Source: Phycisphaerae bacterium
Lineage (GTDB): Bacteria > Planctomycetota > Phycisphaerae > Sedimentisphaerales > SM23-30
Direction: 5' to 3'
Length of the DNA: 64,000 nucleotides
Assembly: GCA_016342495.1 (NCBI GenBank)
Contig: JAEIOG010000008.1
Location: 1-64,000 of the forward strand
A program made the position numbers and the translations under genes. The notes beneath the pieces were generated by a model that saw only the letters and a program-made list of their open reading frames with translations, did not search any database and was not told the DNA's origin. The stretch's first letter is position 1, and every line of letters starts with the position of its first letter. Shown here piece after piece: positions 40,514-51,538 of this stretch.

Positions 40514-40896
40514 TTTTGGTCCTGAGAGTGCACGCCGGTCTGGTATGACCAGTCTAAAGTCCTATAATTGTTTATCTGATAATATCTTACAGATGCGGAT
40601 TATAACACTAACTAGTCCATTGTTAAATAAAAATAAAGGTTAATTCACATGAGAATCATTATTGCTGACATAATAAAATTTATCTATAATGGCGGATCCT
40701 TAAGATGTGTGGCATTGGGTTTGAGGTGACCTTATAGATGATTTAAAGCAGATGATGTGCAAATATTTTTGTTTGCTATAGTAATCAGGAATAATTGACG
40801 ATATTGTAATTGTATGTTGTAATGTTATGATATGTAATGATTTATATCTTAAAAGTCGGTTTTTCGACGTAAAATAATTATAGAAAGAGGAAAAAA

Positions 40897-42018
40897 ATGA
40901 GAAGTATTGGATTGTCCGCACCGGATATCAGCCAGGCAGAAATTGATGCTGTGGTTGCGGTTATGAAGACTAATTCTTTGAGTCTTGGGCCGAAATTACC
41001 GGAATTCGAGCAGAATTTTGCGGATTATGTGGGTCGAAAGTATGCTGTGGCAGTAAATAGTGGTACAAGCGCTATGTTTTTAGTGATGGCGGCTATGGGC
41101 GTTGGTCCTGGCGATGAAGTAATTACTACGCCCTTTAGTTTTATCACAACTACTAATGTAATATTAATGGTAGGGGCGACACCAGTATTTGTTGATATTG
41201 ATCCAGAGACATACAATATAGATGTTAATAAGATCGAGGCTGCAATAACAGATAAGACGAAGGCAATAATCCCGGTTGAAGTTTTTGGCAATCCTAAAGA
41301 TCTGGATAAGGTTTATGAAATAGCGTTAGAGCATGGCTTGTATTGTCTAGAGGATTCTTGTGAAGCTCTGGGCAGTGAAGTTAATGGTAAGAAATGCGGT
41401 ACGCTGGGCCATGCAAGTACATTTGCTTTTTATCCCAATAAACAGATGACTACTGGTGAAGGGGGTATTGTCTTAACCGATGATAAAAAAATAGCTGATA
41501 TGTGCAATTCGCTGCGTAATCAAGGCCGTGACCCTGATGCTGGATGGCTGGCTCATGCGAGATTGGGCTATAATTATCGCTTGTCAGATATAAATTGCGC
41601 AATGGGTGTCGAACAACTTAAACGTATCGATGGATTTATTGGGAAACGTCGCCATGTGGCGGCACTTTATAATGAAGCATTTGCCGGTGAGGATAGATTG
41701 GTTTTGCCAAAAGATCCGGAAAATTGCCTGGTTGACTGGTTCGTATATGTTGTTCGGTTAGCTGAAAAGTATACTCAGCAGGATCGTGATAAAGTTCTTG
41801 AAGTGTTGCGTAGCAAAAATATCGGATGTAATAATTACTTTACGCCTATTCATTTGCAACCATTTATAGCTGAAATGTTAGGCTGTAAAGAAGGTGATTA
41901 CCCGATAACAGAAAAAGTGGCACAGCGTACAATTGCATTGCCTTTCCACAATAATCTTCCTAAAGAAGATGTTGAATATGTGGTGGCGGAATTACGCGGC
42001 ATTTTGGATAGTTTATAA
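40897..42018 (+). CDS. DegT/DnrJ/EryC1/StrS-family PLP-dependent sugar aminotransferase
   Basis: 'NSGTSAMFLVMAAMGVGPGDEVITTPFSF' and 'YDNAITSFP...' are typical of ArnB/PglE/WecE-like enzymes. 373 aa. Confidence 0.85.
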   Translation: MRSIGLSAPDISQAEIDAVVAVMKTNSLSLGPKLPEFEQNFADYVGRKYAVAVNSGTSAMFLVMAAMGVGPGDEVITTPFSFITTTNVILMVGATPVFVDIDPETYNIDVNKIEAAITDKTKAIIPVEVFGNPKDLDKVYEIALEHGLYCLEDSCEALGSEVNGKKCGTLGHASTFAFYPNKQMTTGEGGIVLTDDKKIADMCNSLRNQGRDPDAGWLAHARLGYNYRLSDINCAMGVEQLKRIDGFIGKRRHVAALYNEAFAGEDRLVLPKDPENCLVDWFVYVVRLAEKYTQQDRDKVLEVLRSKNIGCNNYFTPIHLQPFIAEMLGCKEGDYPITEKVAQRTIALPFHNNLPKEDVEYVVAELRGILDSL

Positions 42019-42186
42019 TTAAAACTGACCGAAAGTCAGTTTTAAAGTTAAAAGTTGAGGTGTTTACCTGCGGTAAATGCTATTAAAAAAACACTTAAGT
42101 TTTTTAAGTTTGAGCTTATAGTTAAAATTATAGTGTCTTTTGCTGATTTCGTAATAGATACTGAAGTTGTTAGAAAAGGTAAATTG

Positions 42187-43494
42187 ATGAGAAGAAATAT
42201 TGTACATGAAGGTTCCGGTCAGCTTAAATATGAGATTCGCGAGATCGTAGCTGTCGCTGATGAATTGCATAAGCTGGGCCGTGAGATAATCTGGGAAAAC
42301 ATTGGCGATCCATTGGCCAAAGGCGAGCCTATGCCAACATGGATTAAAGATATTATTGGCGAGCTGGTCAAAGAGGATAAGACCTATGGCTATGTCGCAA
42401 CCCAAGGGGTGCTGGAAGCTCGTGAATTTATCGCCAAAGAAGTTAATGCACGGGGTGGCTGTCAGATTGCATCTGACGATATTCTGTTCTTTAATGGCCT
42501 GGGCGATGCTGTTGCTAAAGTGTATGGTTTTTTGAGGCGTGAAGCCCGGGTGCTGGGCCCATCGCCAGCGTATTCGACGCATAGTTCAGCGGAAGCAGCT
42601 CATTCAGGTTATGAACATTTAACTTATGAACTGGATGCTAATAATAACTGGCTACCAGATTTGGAAGATATTGAAAATAAGATCAAGTATAATGATTCTA
42701 TTGCAGGATTGATTTTGATTAATCCTGATAATCCTACCGGTGCCGTTTACCCCAAAGAAATATTGGAAGAAATTGTTGATATTTGCCGTCGTTATGGCGT
42801 ATTTATTATCTGTGATGAGATTTATGCCAATATTGTTTATAAAGAAAATGGTCAACATGCTTATTTGAGCGAAGTAATTGGTGATGATGTAGCTGGCCTG
42901 GCATTAAGAGGTATAAGTAAAGAATATCCATGGCCGGGTGGACGGTGTGGCTGGGTGGAAGTTTATAATAAAGATAAATATCCCCAGTTTAAGACTTATT
43001 TTAATACTCTGTTGAGTTCTAAGATGGTTGAGGTTTGTTCGACTTCGCTGCCTCAATATTCAATACCAAAAGTTATGGGTGACCCACGTTACGCAGTTCA
43101 TTTGAAAGAACGTGCCGCTATGTTCGGCAGACGCGCAAAAGAAGCATGGGAAACCCTTTCCAAGGTGCCGGGTATTACTGTTAATAAGCCAGAAGGCGCA
43201 TTTTATATGTCAATTTTGTTTGATGAAGGAGTGCTGAATTCCAAACAGAAGCTTGATATCGATAATGAAGAAATCAAACGTTATATTGAAGCTAAGGTTC
43301 ATGGCGTAGCCGACGATAAACGATTTGTATATTATTTATTGGCTGCATACGGGATATGTGTTGTGCCTATGACAGGTTTCTGTTGTGCAAAGAAAGGTTT
43401 TAGAGTAACATTGCTGGAATGTAATGATGAAAAAAGGCTTTACACCTGGGATACAATTGCCAAGGCTATTACTGATTATTTAGGCTCTGTCTAA
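42187..43494 (+). CDS. Class I/II PLP-dependent aminotransferase (alanine-aminotransferase-like)
   Basis: 'ISKEYPWPGGRCGWVEV' is the PLP-lysine region. The start was moved to the internal ATG at 42187 preceded by AAAGG; the full ORF begins at 42055. Confidence 0.65.
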   Translation: MRRNIVHEGSGQLKYEIREIVAVADELHKLGREIIWENIGDPLAKGEPMPTWIKDIIGELVKEDKTYGYVATQGVLEAREFIAKEVNARGGCQIASDDILFFNGLGDAVAKVYGFLRREARVLGPSPAYSTHSSAEAAHSGYEHLTYELDANNNWLPDLEDIENKIKYNDSIAGLILINPDNPTGAVYPKEILEEIVDICRRYGVFIICDEIYANIVYKENGQHAYLSEVIGDDVAGLALRGISKEYPWPGGRCGWVEVYNKDKYPQFKTYFNTLLSSKMVEVCSTSLPQYSIPKVMGDPRYAVHLKERAAMFGRRAKEAWETLSKVPGITVNKPEGAFYMSILFDEGVLNSKQKLDIDNEEIKRYIEAKVHGVADDKRFVYYLLAAYGICVVPMTGFCCAKKGFRVTLLECNDEKRLYTWDTIAKAITDYLGSV

Positions 43495-43590
43495 TAAAAT
43501 TGATTGTGATTTGATAGATTAATCATGCTCTCTGGCTTGCTGGGGGGCATTTTTTATATAGGCTGTTTAATATTAGTTCAGGATAATATT

Positions 43591-45057
43591 ATGAAGACTT
43601 ATTTGCCATGGGTGTTTCCTATAATTCTAATTTTAATTTCTGGCTGCTCAATGACATTTGATGGCATGGACAATCAGCAGTTGATTTTATTACTGGATAA
43701 CAAAAGCCAAAGTCGGCAGTTTGCGATAATGGATGAGCTATTGAAACGTCAATTGTCTGATACTCAATATCAAGATCTGGCAGGCAAAATGCCTGAGATT
43801 CTAGAGGTGCCATCACAGGTTTTAGTTAAGCAGAAGGCTTTAGAGCTGGCATTGCAGAAATATCCCGATAAAGCCGAGACCTGGTTATGCAATGCTTTAT
43901 TAAATGAGAGACTTGATGTCAATGTTCAAAAAATGTATGTAGATACTTTGGCAGAAATGCATAGCGTCGATTCGTTGGGGGCCTTAATTTATTGCGGTTA
44001 TCCGGGCAGGCTACATTTTCAGTATCAAGGGGATTTTGTGCCACCAATTCAAGCTGATTATTCGCATGCAATTGAAAAAATATCTGGACGACCATTAGAT
44101 ACTTTTCTTTTGGATGTTGTTGGCGGTGGGGAAATGTCAGAAACATCCGGGCAAAAAATGAATTTGCAGAGTAATAAGGTCAGGCTTTGTGCTTTGTATT
44201 GGCTTGTTCAAAGGCAGGGCCGGGGAATGGTTGCTACAAGGCTGAAAAAACAGAGTGGTAATATTGACAAAGAACTTATGGTTTTGTGGTATTGGCTGGA
44301 TCATTTTGATTATTTGCCTTCTAATTTTAGTCAATATTGTAATATGGCGCAGATGCTTGATGAGTTGGCTCAAGAAGATTTAGTGAAATTAAAATCGATT
44401 TATAATGATTTAAAATTAAAAGGTTATATGTTCGAAATATGCGATTCGTGGTTTATATTAAACTTTAAGGATCAGATATTAGCTTCTGATAGAAATATGC
44501 TAATTAATAGTATAAACGTTAAATTGCAAAATATAGGTCATAGTAAAAGACGGCCAACGCATAGAGGTGCCAGCGACGATTATCTGGAAAATTTTGAAAG
44601 CCAGATAGATAGCTTAAGCCTTGTTGATCTGGAAAGAATAAGGATGCTGATTGGTTGGCTTGAAAAAAGAGATAATCGAGAGATATTAGCCAACATACTT
44701 AAAGAAGATTTGTATAATGAAAATACTGAACTTGGTGGCTTATGCATGATTGAAGATGGACAGCTGAAATTTAAGGTTTATATGTCAGGCAATGCTATCA
44801 GTGATCATGCATACGTTGAAAATGATAAACTTTGGGATGATGCAGTTAAGTGTTTTAGCCGTTGGCATTGTCATGCTGGTGCAAGCCAGGACAATTTGCC
44901 GGGGCCCGGTATAGATGATATGCGGTATGTTACTTATGTGAAAACACCAAATTTGATAATTACTTTACTAAATGATATGAATGGTTTAGAATTCAATATT
45001 GACTATATTAATCCATCTGGAAAAGTAATTGATATAGGTGTTTATGGCAGCAAATAG
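43591..45057 (+). CDS. Hypothetical lipoprotein
   Basis: Likely start 'MKTYLPWVFPIILILISGCSM' with an L-I-S-G-C lipobox; the longer ORF begins at 43525. No family recognised. Confidence 0.4.
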   Translation: MKTYLPWVFPIILILISGCSMTFDGMDNQQLILLLDNKSQSRQFAIMDELLKRQLSDTQYQDLAGKMPEILEVPSQVLVKQKALELALQKYPDKAETWLCNALLNERLDVNVQKMYVDTLAEMHSVDSLGALIYCGYPGRLHFQYQGDFVPPIQADYSHAIEKISGRPLDTFLLDVVGGGEMSETSGQKMNLQSNKVRLCALYWLVQRQGRGMVATRLKKQSGNIDKELMVLWYWLDHFDYLPSNFSQYCNMAQMLDELAQEDLVKLKSIYNDLKLKGYMFEICDSWFILNFKDQILASDRNMLINSINVKLQNIGHSKRRPTHRGASDDYLENFESQIDSLSLVDLERIRMLIGWLEKRDNREILANILKEDLYNENTELGGLCMIEDGQLKFKVYMSGNAISDHAYVENDKLWDDAVKCFSRWHCHAGASQDNLPGPGIDDMRYVTYVKTPNLIITLLNDMNGLEFNIDYINPSGKVIDIGVYGSK

Positions 45058-45156
45058 ATTATGCTATAAAAAAAATACAAAATTATGCTACCATAAGTAT
45101 TCTATTTCGGGCATAATCTTCTGGTGGCAAATATGATTTTTTAGGAAAGTGGTGTT

Positions 45157-46488
45157 ATGAGTGATTTGAATAGTTTGATGCAGGCAAATGCCGAACAGTT
45201 ATCCAGAGATGGCAGCGTGACCAAAGAAGCGGTGCCGGCTTTAATGGGAAAATTTGTTGAAAAACTGCAAAGTTATAGTGCAATTGAGAATTGGGCAGTA
45301 TTTTTAGCCCATGCTATTGCCGTAATATTATTGCTATTACTGGCACTGTTGGCTAACTATATCGCCAAACGTTTTATTCTCAAAATTATCAAAAAGGTGG
45401 TCAGTAAAACAAGCAATAAATGGGATGATTTGCTATTGAAACGGAAGGTTCTCGATAAGCTTTCGCATTTAGCCCCGGCTTTGGTGATTTACTATCTGGT
45501 TCCGGAGGTTTTTTCGCAATATGGTGATGTGTCAGCGACCATTGAGGTGATTTCTAAGATTTATATGATTATGGTGGGTTTATTAGTAGTAGATTCGCTA
45601 TTGAATTGTGCGGTAGATATCTATCGGACATTTACATTTTCACGAAGTTTGCCGATACGAGGATTTGTTCAGGTAGTAAAGATAGTGCTGTATTTTGCTG
45701 TTGGGATTTCGATTTTGTCGATGGCATTAGGCAAGAACCCAAGTTATTTTCTGGGTGGCATGGGTGCGATGACTGCTATTTTATTGCTGGTGTTTAAGGA
45801 TTCGATCTTGAATTTTGTTGCGGGGATACAATTATCCAGTAATCAAATGGTCAGGATTGGCGATTGGGTTGAGATGTCTGCTTTTGGAGCTGATGGCGAT
45901 GTTATTGATATTTCGCTGACAGCGGTTAAAATACAAAACTGGGATAAAACTATTTCGACTATTCCACCTTATGCAATGGTAACGAATTCTTTTAAGAATT
46001 GGCGGGGCATGAGCGAATCTGGTGGACGTCGGATAAAGCGTTCGCTTTGTATTGATGTTACCAGTATCAAATTTTGCGATGAAGAGATTTTGGGAAAATT
46101 CAGGAAAATCCATTACCTTTCCGAGTATATTGATGGCAAACTAAGTGATATCGCTCGATATAATAAGGAAAATGGTATAGATGAATCTTTAATTGTCAAT
46201 GGACGTCATCTGACCAATGTTGGGACATTCAGGGCATATGTGGAAGCATATTTGAAGAATAATCCTAAGATTCACAAAGATATGACATTTCTGGTTCGGC
46301 AGTTGCCTGCTACGGAAAAAGGTTTGCCGATTGAAATATATGTGTTTTGTAACGATCAGGTTTGGGCAAATTATGAAGCCATTCAGGCGGATATTTTCGA
46401 TCACTTTTTTGCGATTTTGCCAGAGTTTGGTTTGAGAGTTTATCAGCTACCAACGGGTAATGATTTGCAAATGCTTGGTGTGAAGTAA
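45157..46488 (+). CDS. Mechanosensitive ion channel, MscS family
   Basis: Has TM helices and then 'IGDWVEMSAFGADGDVIDISLTAVKIQNWDKTISTIPPYAMVTNSFKNW', the MscS beta-domain signature. Confidence 0.8.
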   Translation: MSDLNSLMQANAEQLSRDGSVTKEAVPALMGKFVEKLQSYSAIENWAVFLAHAIAVILLLLLALLANYIAKRFILKIIKKVVSKTSNKWDDLLLKRKVLDKLSHLAPALVIYYLVPEVFSQYGDVSATIEVISKIYMIMVGLLVVDSLLNCAVDIYRTFTFSRSLPIRGFVQVVKIVLYFAVGISILSMALGKNPSYFLGGMGAMTAILLLVFKDSILNFVAGIQLSSNQMVRIGDWVEMSAFGADGDVIDISLTAVKIQNWDKTISTIPPYAMVTNSFKNWRGMSESGGRRIKRSLCIDVTSIKFCDEEILGKFRKIHYLSEYIDGKLSDIARYNKENGIDESLIVNGRHLTNVGTFRAYVEAYLKNNPKIHKDMTFLVRQLPATEKGLPIEIYVFCNDQVWANYEAIQADIFDHFFAILPEFGLRVYQLPTGNDLQMLGVK

Positions 46489-46522
46489 TTGCAATAGGGC
46501 AATCTAAAAATATACACTTAGT

Positions 46523-46558
46523 AAAAAAGCCGACCAGATTGGGTTCTGGTCGGCTTTC
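46523..46558. terminator. Bidirectional rho-independent terminator between the convergent MscS and EF-G genes
   Basis: AAAAAA-GCCGACCAG-attgggtt-CTGGTCGGC-TTT, a 9-bp perfect stem with A/T runs on both sides. Confidence 0.7.
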
Positions 46559-46712
46559 AGGGTTTTAGAAACTGTTTCTTTTGCAGGTGCAGAATGTTTT
46601 CGGAGGAACATGAAATATTCTGCTGGGCATTTTCCTGCTGAAACAAGTTCAAGCTCCCGAATAAACGGGAGTTTCAAAAAGGAGAAAATTACAAAATTTA
46701 ATGTTTAGAAGC

Positions 46713-48809
46713 TTACTTTTTGTTTTTAGCTTCCTGCTGTTCTTTACGAGCAGCGATAATTTCCTGGGCAATGCTTTCAGGCACGCGAGCGTATTTGGCC
46801 ATCTCCATGGTGAAGGTAGCCATCCCTTTGCTCAAGGAACGCAAAACAGTCGCATAGCCAAACATGTTAGCCAGTGGCACTTCAGCGTTAATTACAGAAT
46901 ACTGCTCTTTAGCTTCGGTGCTGTAAACCATGCCACGTCGGCTGTTAAGGTCGCCAACAACGGCACCCTGATATTCAGGTGGAGTTTCGATTTCCAATGC
47001 CATCAGTGGTTCCTGCAGGCAGGGTTTGGATTTCAGGAAAGCTTGCTTGAAAGCATCTCTACCGGCGATACGGAAAGCCATTTCGCTGGAATCGACTGTG
47101 TGGTATGTACCATCATCCAGAACCATTTTGCAGTTGACGATTTCATAGCCAGCAACAGGGCCTTTGGCCATTGCTTCCTGGAACCCTTTATTAACGGCAG
47201 GGATGTATTCACGAGGAATGCGGCCCTGGGTAACATTATCTTCAAATTCATAGGTGACTTTAGTGTCATCAGGTAATGGGACAAGTTTGCCGACAACATG
47301 ACCATACTGGCCAGAACCACCGGATTGTTTTCTGTGTTTATAATCGAAATCAGCTTCTTTGGTAGGTGCTTCACGATAAGAAACATTAGGAGCGCCAACG
47401 GTAACATCGGCGTTATATTCACGTTTCATACGTTCGACATAAACGTCAAGATGTAATTCGCCCATGCCAGCAATGATAGTTTCACCGGTTTCAGGGTCAC
47501 TTGAAACGCGGAAGGTAGGGTCTTCTTTCATAAAACGAGAAAGAGCTTTACCCATACGCTGTTGGGCATTGTTATCCTTTGGATGGATTGACAATGAAAT
47601 AACAGGTTCTGCGACAAAAATGGATTCCAGAGAGTAGTTTACGCCATCGCCACAGACGGTATCGCCTGAAGCACAGTCAAGTCCCATCAAAGCTACGATA
47701 TCGCCAGGGCCTGCTTCAGGTATATCTTCGCGGTCATTGGCGTGCATCTTCAAAATTCGGCCAATACGCATTTTTCTATTTGTACGAACATTGCGATATT
47801 GCTGGCCTTTAGTAATGCGTCCCTGATAAACACGTGTATAGCTAAGCTGGCCAAAAGTTTCGTCGGCTATTTTAAATATCATTGCAACTAATGAACCATC
47901 GGGGTCACAGCTTAAAGGTGTTTCAGCACCTTCATTGTCGTGATCGCGAGCAAAGCTCATGCGGTCCATTGGGCTGGGCAGATATGCACAGACTGCGTCA
48001 AGTAAGGTTTGGACGCCTTTATTTTTGAAAGCTGTTCCCATCATCATCGGGACGATGTCGCGGTTGATAGTTGCTTCGCGGATAGTGTCAATAATCATTG
48101 ACACTGGAATTTCTTTATCTTCGAGCATTAGTTCCATAATATCGTCATTGAACATGCTGATTTTGTCAAGCATTTCAGTATATGCGGTTTGAGCTTGTTC
48201 TTTGTATTGCTCAGAAATTTCGCTTAATACGATGTTTTCTCCACTGGGGCCTTCGTATTTTATTTCTTTCATATTGACCAGGTCGATGATACCGGCAAAA
48301 TCTTCGCCAGTTCCCATATTCAGTTGAATCGGCACGACATTAAGGCCAAGTTTTTCGATGATTTCGGTTTTTACTCGTTCGGGGTCGGCGCCTGTTCGAT
48401 CCATTTTATTAATGAAAGCAATACGAGGAACACGATATCTTTTCATTTGACGGTCAACGGTAACCGATTGGGATTGTACACCGCCGACAGAGCAAAGAAC
48501 CATAACAGCGCCATCGAGTACGCGAAGGGACCGTTCAACTTCCACAGTGAAGTCAACATGGCCGGGAGTATCAATAATATTGATGATATTATCCTGCCAG
48601 TCAATTTGGGTAGCGGCAGATGCGATTGTGATGCCACGTTCGCGTTCGAGTTCCATGAAATCCATTGTAGCACCGCCATCGTTGCCACGAACTTCCTGCA
48701 TTCTATGGATACGACCTGAATAATACAACATGCGTTCGCTTAACGTAGTTTTTCCAGAATCGATATGAGCCGATATTCCAATGTTTCTGATTTTACTGAT
48801 TCTTTTCAT
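46713..48809 (-). CDS. Elongation factor G paralog (translational GTPase), standalone outside any str-operon context
   Basis: G1 'AHIDSGKTT', 'DTPGHVDF' and 'NKMDR'. 698 aa across the five EF-G domains. Confidence 0.85.
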   Translation of the reverse strand: MKRISKIRNIGISAHIDSGKTTLSERMLYYSGRIHRMQEVRGNDGGATMDFMELERERGITIASAATQIDWQDNIINIIDTPGHVDFTVEVERSLRVLDGAVMVLCSVGGVQSQSVTVDRQMKRYRVPRIAFINKMDRTGADPERVKTEIIEKLGLNVVPIQLNMGTGEDFAGIIDLVNMKEIKYEGPSGENIVLSEISEQYKEQAQTAYTEMLDKISMFNDDIMELMLEDKEIPVSMIIDTIREATINRDIVPMMMGTAFKNKGVQTLLDAVCAYLPSPMDRMSFARDHDNEGAETPLSCDPDGSLVAMIFKIADETFGQLSYTRVYQGRITKGQQYRNVRTNRKMRIGRILKMHANDREDIPEAGPGDIVALMGLDCASGDTVCGDGVNYSLESIFVAEPVISLSIHPKDNNAQQRMGKALSRFMKEDPTFRVSSDPETGETIIAGMGELHLDVYVERMKREYNADVTVGAPNVSYREAPTKEADFDYKHRKQSGGSGQYGHVVGKLVPLPDDTKVTYEFEDNVTQGRIPREYIPAVNKGFQEAMAKGPVAGYEIVNCKMVLDDGTYHTVDSSEMAFRIAGRDAFKQAFLKSKPCLQEPLMALEIETPPEYQGAVVGDLNSRRGMVYSTEAKEQYSVINAEVPLANMFGYATVLRSLSKGMATFTMEMAKYARVPESIAQEIIAARKEQQEAKNKK

Positions 48810-49429
48810 AATTCTTTCGCTTATGTATAAAAAATTTAAGTTTTATTTTATCTCAGCTATTGTACTAGCGAGATTCAGTTAAAACACATTCTAGTGTTTG
48901 TTTATGATTCAATCACGGTATTGTGCCCTGGGCATTGTCGCTGTGATTCGTATGCAAAATATCAGGATTATAATAAATTCCTGTTTGCAAAGCTGGATAT
49001 ATACCCTTACAGTCTGCGATCTATGGCAAGCTTTCGTCGCAGCCGATGTCACTAGCAGTGAGGGCCACTGCTTTAACTTGGTGTTAATCCCTATAGCCTT
49101 ATGTAAAAGGCGAAAGCAAGTGTGAACACGATCACTAATATACTACAACGATCAGTTAAATACAAGCGTTAATTTAAAAATATTTATCCATGTTCCACAA
49201 GTTTAGCGGGCTAGGCATAAGTAGTTGTTAATTAGTGACTTATATGGGTTAATAAGGATGGTTTTTATCATGAATTAACAGGGTAAATCAAAGATATTCA
49301 TAGGGTCAGATAGTTTTTTGATAAGTTTTTATCAGCACTTGCAACTTTTGTGACACTTTGAGGTTGTTATTTTCATCAGATAATATAAACTATATATCTT
49401 GAAATTTTATAGTAATCACGAGTATATAC

Positions 49430-50386
49430 ATGGCCAAAGACATAAATAGTAAATCACCCAGAAATCAGACCATATTTCTTGATGAACAAGATTTACATAT
49501 CTATAAAAATGGTATTACCGAAGTTGTTGGCCCAGTTGAACTGGCCGACATAATTGATAAGACTATCTGTCAGGACAGTTTTAAGATACTGGATTATATG
49601 CCCAGAGATTCTGTTGACCTGCTTATTGCTGACCCACCTTATAATCTGACCATGAAGTTTAATGAAGCCAGCTTCAAGGCTTGCGATATGGGGCAATATC
49701 AAAATTGGCTTGAAAGTTGGATTCGTAAACTGGTTCGCATTATCAAATCTGATGGTAGTTTGTATTTTTGCGGTGATTGGCGGAGTTCGCCGGCTTTGTT
49801 TTTTGTTTTACAGAAATATTTTAATGTGCGCAATCGCATAACCTGGGAACGAGAAAAAGGACGTGGTTCAAAAACTAATTGGAAAAATTCCCATGAAGAT
49901 ATCTGGTTTTGCACGATGGGTGATAAGTATACATTTAATGTCGATGCGGTGAAGCTTAAACGCAAAGTAATAGCACCTTATAAAGATAATGGTCAGCCGA
50001 AAGACTGGGCGCATGACAAAGATGGTAAGTTTAGACTTACCCATCCATCGAATATGTGGACAGATATATCGGTGCCGTTCTGGTCGATGCCGGAAAATAC
50101 CGAGCATCCCACCCAAAAGCCTGAAAAACTGATAGCTAAACTGATATTGGCCAGCAGCAATGCGAATGATATTGTTTTTGATCCGTTTTTAGGCTCTGGC
50201 ACAACAAGTGTTGTTGCCAGGAAGCTCAAAAGGCATTATATTGGTGTCGATATTGATGAGAAGTTTTGCTTATTAGCAGAAAAACGTTTGGCAATGGCCG
50301 AACCAAGTCCTGATATTCAGGGGTATTCTGGTGGTGTGTTTTGGGAACGAAATAGTGGTAATAACATTAAACGTGCAGCTGATTGA
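49430..50386 (+). CDS. Beta-class N6-adenine/N4-cytosine DNA methyltransferase (CcrM/M.HinfI-like) with no visible cognate endonuclease
   Basis: 'LLIADPPYN', 'HPTQKPEKL' and 'VFDPFLGSGTT' in beta-class order. It ends 36 bp before the radical SAM gene. Confidence 0.8.
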   Translation: MAKDINSKSPRNQTIFLDEQDLHIYKNGITEVVGPVELADIIDKTICQDSFKILDYMPRDSVDLLIADPPYNLTMKFNEASFKACDMGQYQNWLESWIRKLVRIIKSDGSLYFCGDWRSSPALFFVLQKYFNVRNRITWEREKGRGSKTNWKNSHEDIWFCTMGDKYTFNVDAVKLKRKVIAPYKDNGQPKDWAHDKDGKFRLTHPSNMWTDISVPFWSMPENTEHPTQKPEKLIAKLILASSNANDIVFDPFLGSGTTSVVARKLKRHYIGVDIDEKFCLLAEKRLAMAEPSPDIQGYSGGVFWERNSGNNIKRAAD

Positions 50387-50422
50387 CAGGTGTAAGCTTT
50401 TGGAATTAGGACAGGAAAACAG

Positions 50423-51538
50423 ATGAGACCATTTTCGTTATTGATAAAACCGGCTGGTCCGGATTGTAATATAGATTGTAAGTATTGCTTTTATTCACGT
50501 AAAAGCGAGATGTTTGGGCCGGGTCGTCATCGTATGACTGATGATGTGCTGGAGAAGCTGGTCAAGGATTTTCTGGAATTGGGTTTTCCGGTAAACAGCT
50601 TTGCCTTTCAGGGGGGTGAGCCTTCGCTGATGGGTTTGGAGTTTTATCAGAAGCTGGTAGATTTACAGAAAAAGTATGGCTCTGATGGCCAGGTAATAAC
50701 CAATGCCCTGCAGACCAATGGTACATTATTGGATCAGCAGTGGTGCGAGTTTTTACATGAATATAAATTTTTGGTTGGCATTAGCTTAGATGGCCCGCAA
50801 AAGTATCATGATCATTTTCGCATCGACCATGCTGGCAAACCAACCTGGCAACGGGTAATGGATGGCATAAGGAATTGCAAAAAATATAATGTTGAATATA
50901 ATATTCTGGTTTTGCTCAATAGTTTCAATGTTGACTATCCTGATGAATTATTTGATTTCTTTATCGAGAATAAATTCAAGTTTTTACAGTTTATTCAATG
51001 TGTAGAACTGGACCAGGGAACTGGAGATATTTCCACTTTCAGTATTACGCCCAGGCAATATGGTGATTTTCTCTGCCGGGTATTTGACCGCTGGCTGAAA
51101 TATGGGCCAACAAAAATGAGTATTCGTACATTCGACAGTATTTTGAGCTATCTTCTGGAAGGTCGCCATACCGAATGTACCCTGGGGCCGCGCTGTAATG
51201 ATTATGTTGTAGTTGAACATGATGGCGGGGTTTATTGCTGCGACTTCTTTGTTGATAATGAATGGAAACTCGGCAACTTAATGGATGAAAATATTGGTGA
51301 TCTTGCCAATTCCCCATTGAAAAGTAAGTTTTCCAAACGCAAAAGAGATGTACCTAATAAATGTAGCTTATGTCGCTATTTGCATATATGTCGCGGGGGC
51401 TGTCCCAAGGATAGAGTTGTGACTCAAGGCAATAAGCCTATTAGCTACTTCTGTGAATCCTACCAGCAACTATTTGGGCATACTTTACCAAAACTGGAGG
51501 AATTTGCAGCGATGCTGCGGAGTCAAAATGGACAATAA
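50423..51538 (+). CDS. Anaerobic sulfatase-maturating enzyme (radical SAM/SPASM, AslB/anSME family)
   Basis: 'LLIKPAGPDCNIDCKYCFY' is the CxxxCxxC motif. 'FAFQGGEPSLMGLEFYQKL', 'LQTNGTLLD' and the C-terminal SPASM 'CSLCRYLHICRGGCPKDR' are collinear with characterised anSMEs. Confidence 0.8.
   Translation: MRPFSLLIKPAGPDCNIDCKYCFYSRKSEMFGPGRHRMTDDVLEKLVKDFLELGFPVNSFAFQGGEPSLMGLEFYQKLVDLQKKYGSDGQVITNALQTNGTLLDQQWCEFLHEYKFLVGISLDGPQKYHDHFRIDHAGKPTWQRVMDGIRNCKKYNVEYNILVLLNSFNVDYPDELFDFFIENKFKFLQFIQCVELDQGTGDISTFSITPRQYGDFLCRVFDRWLKYGPTKMSIRTFDSILSYLLEGRHTECTLGPRCNDYVVVEHDGGVYCCDFFVDNEWKLGNLMDENIGDLANSPLKSKFSKRKRDVPNKCSLCRYLHICRGGCPKDRVVTQGNKPISYFCESYQQLFGHTLPKLEEFAAMLRSQNGQ

Noticed and set aside
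46713-48809. EF-G as the canonical fusA of the str operon
   Set aside because: No rpsL/rpsG/tuf neighbours are present; it is flanked by MscS and a noncoding region, so it is more likely an EF-G paralog. Left without a gene symbol.
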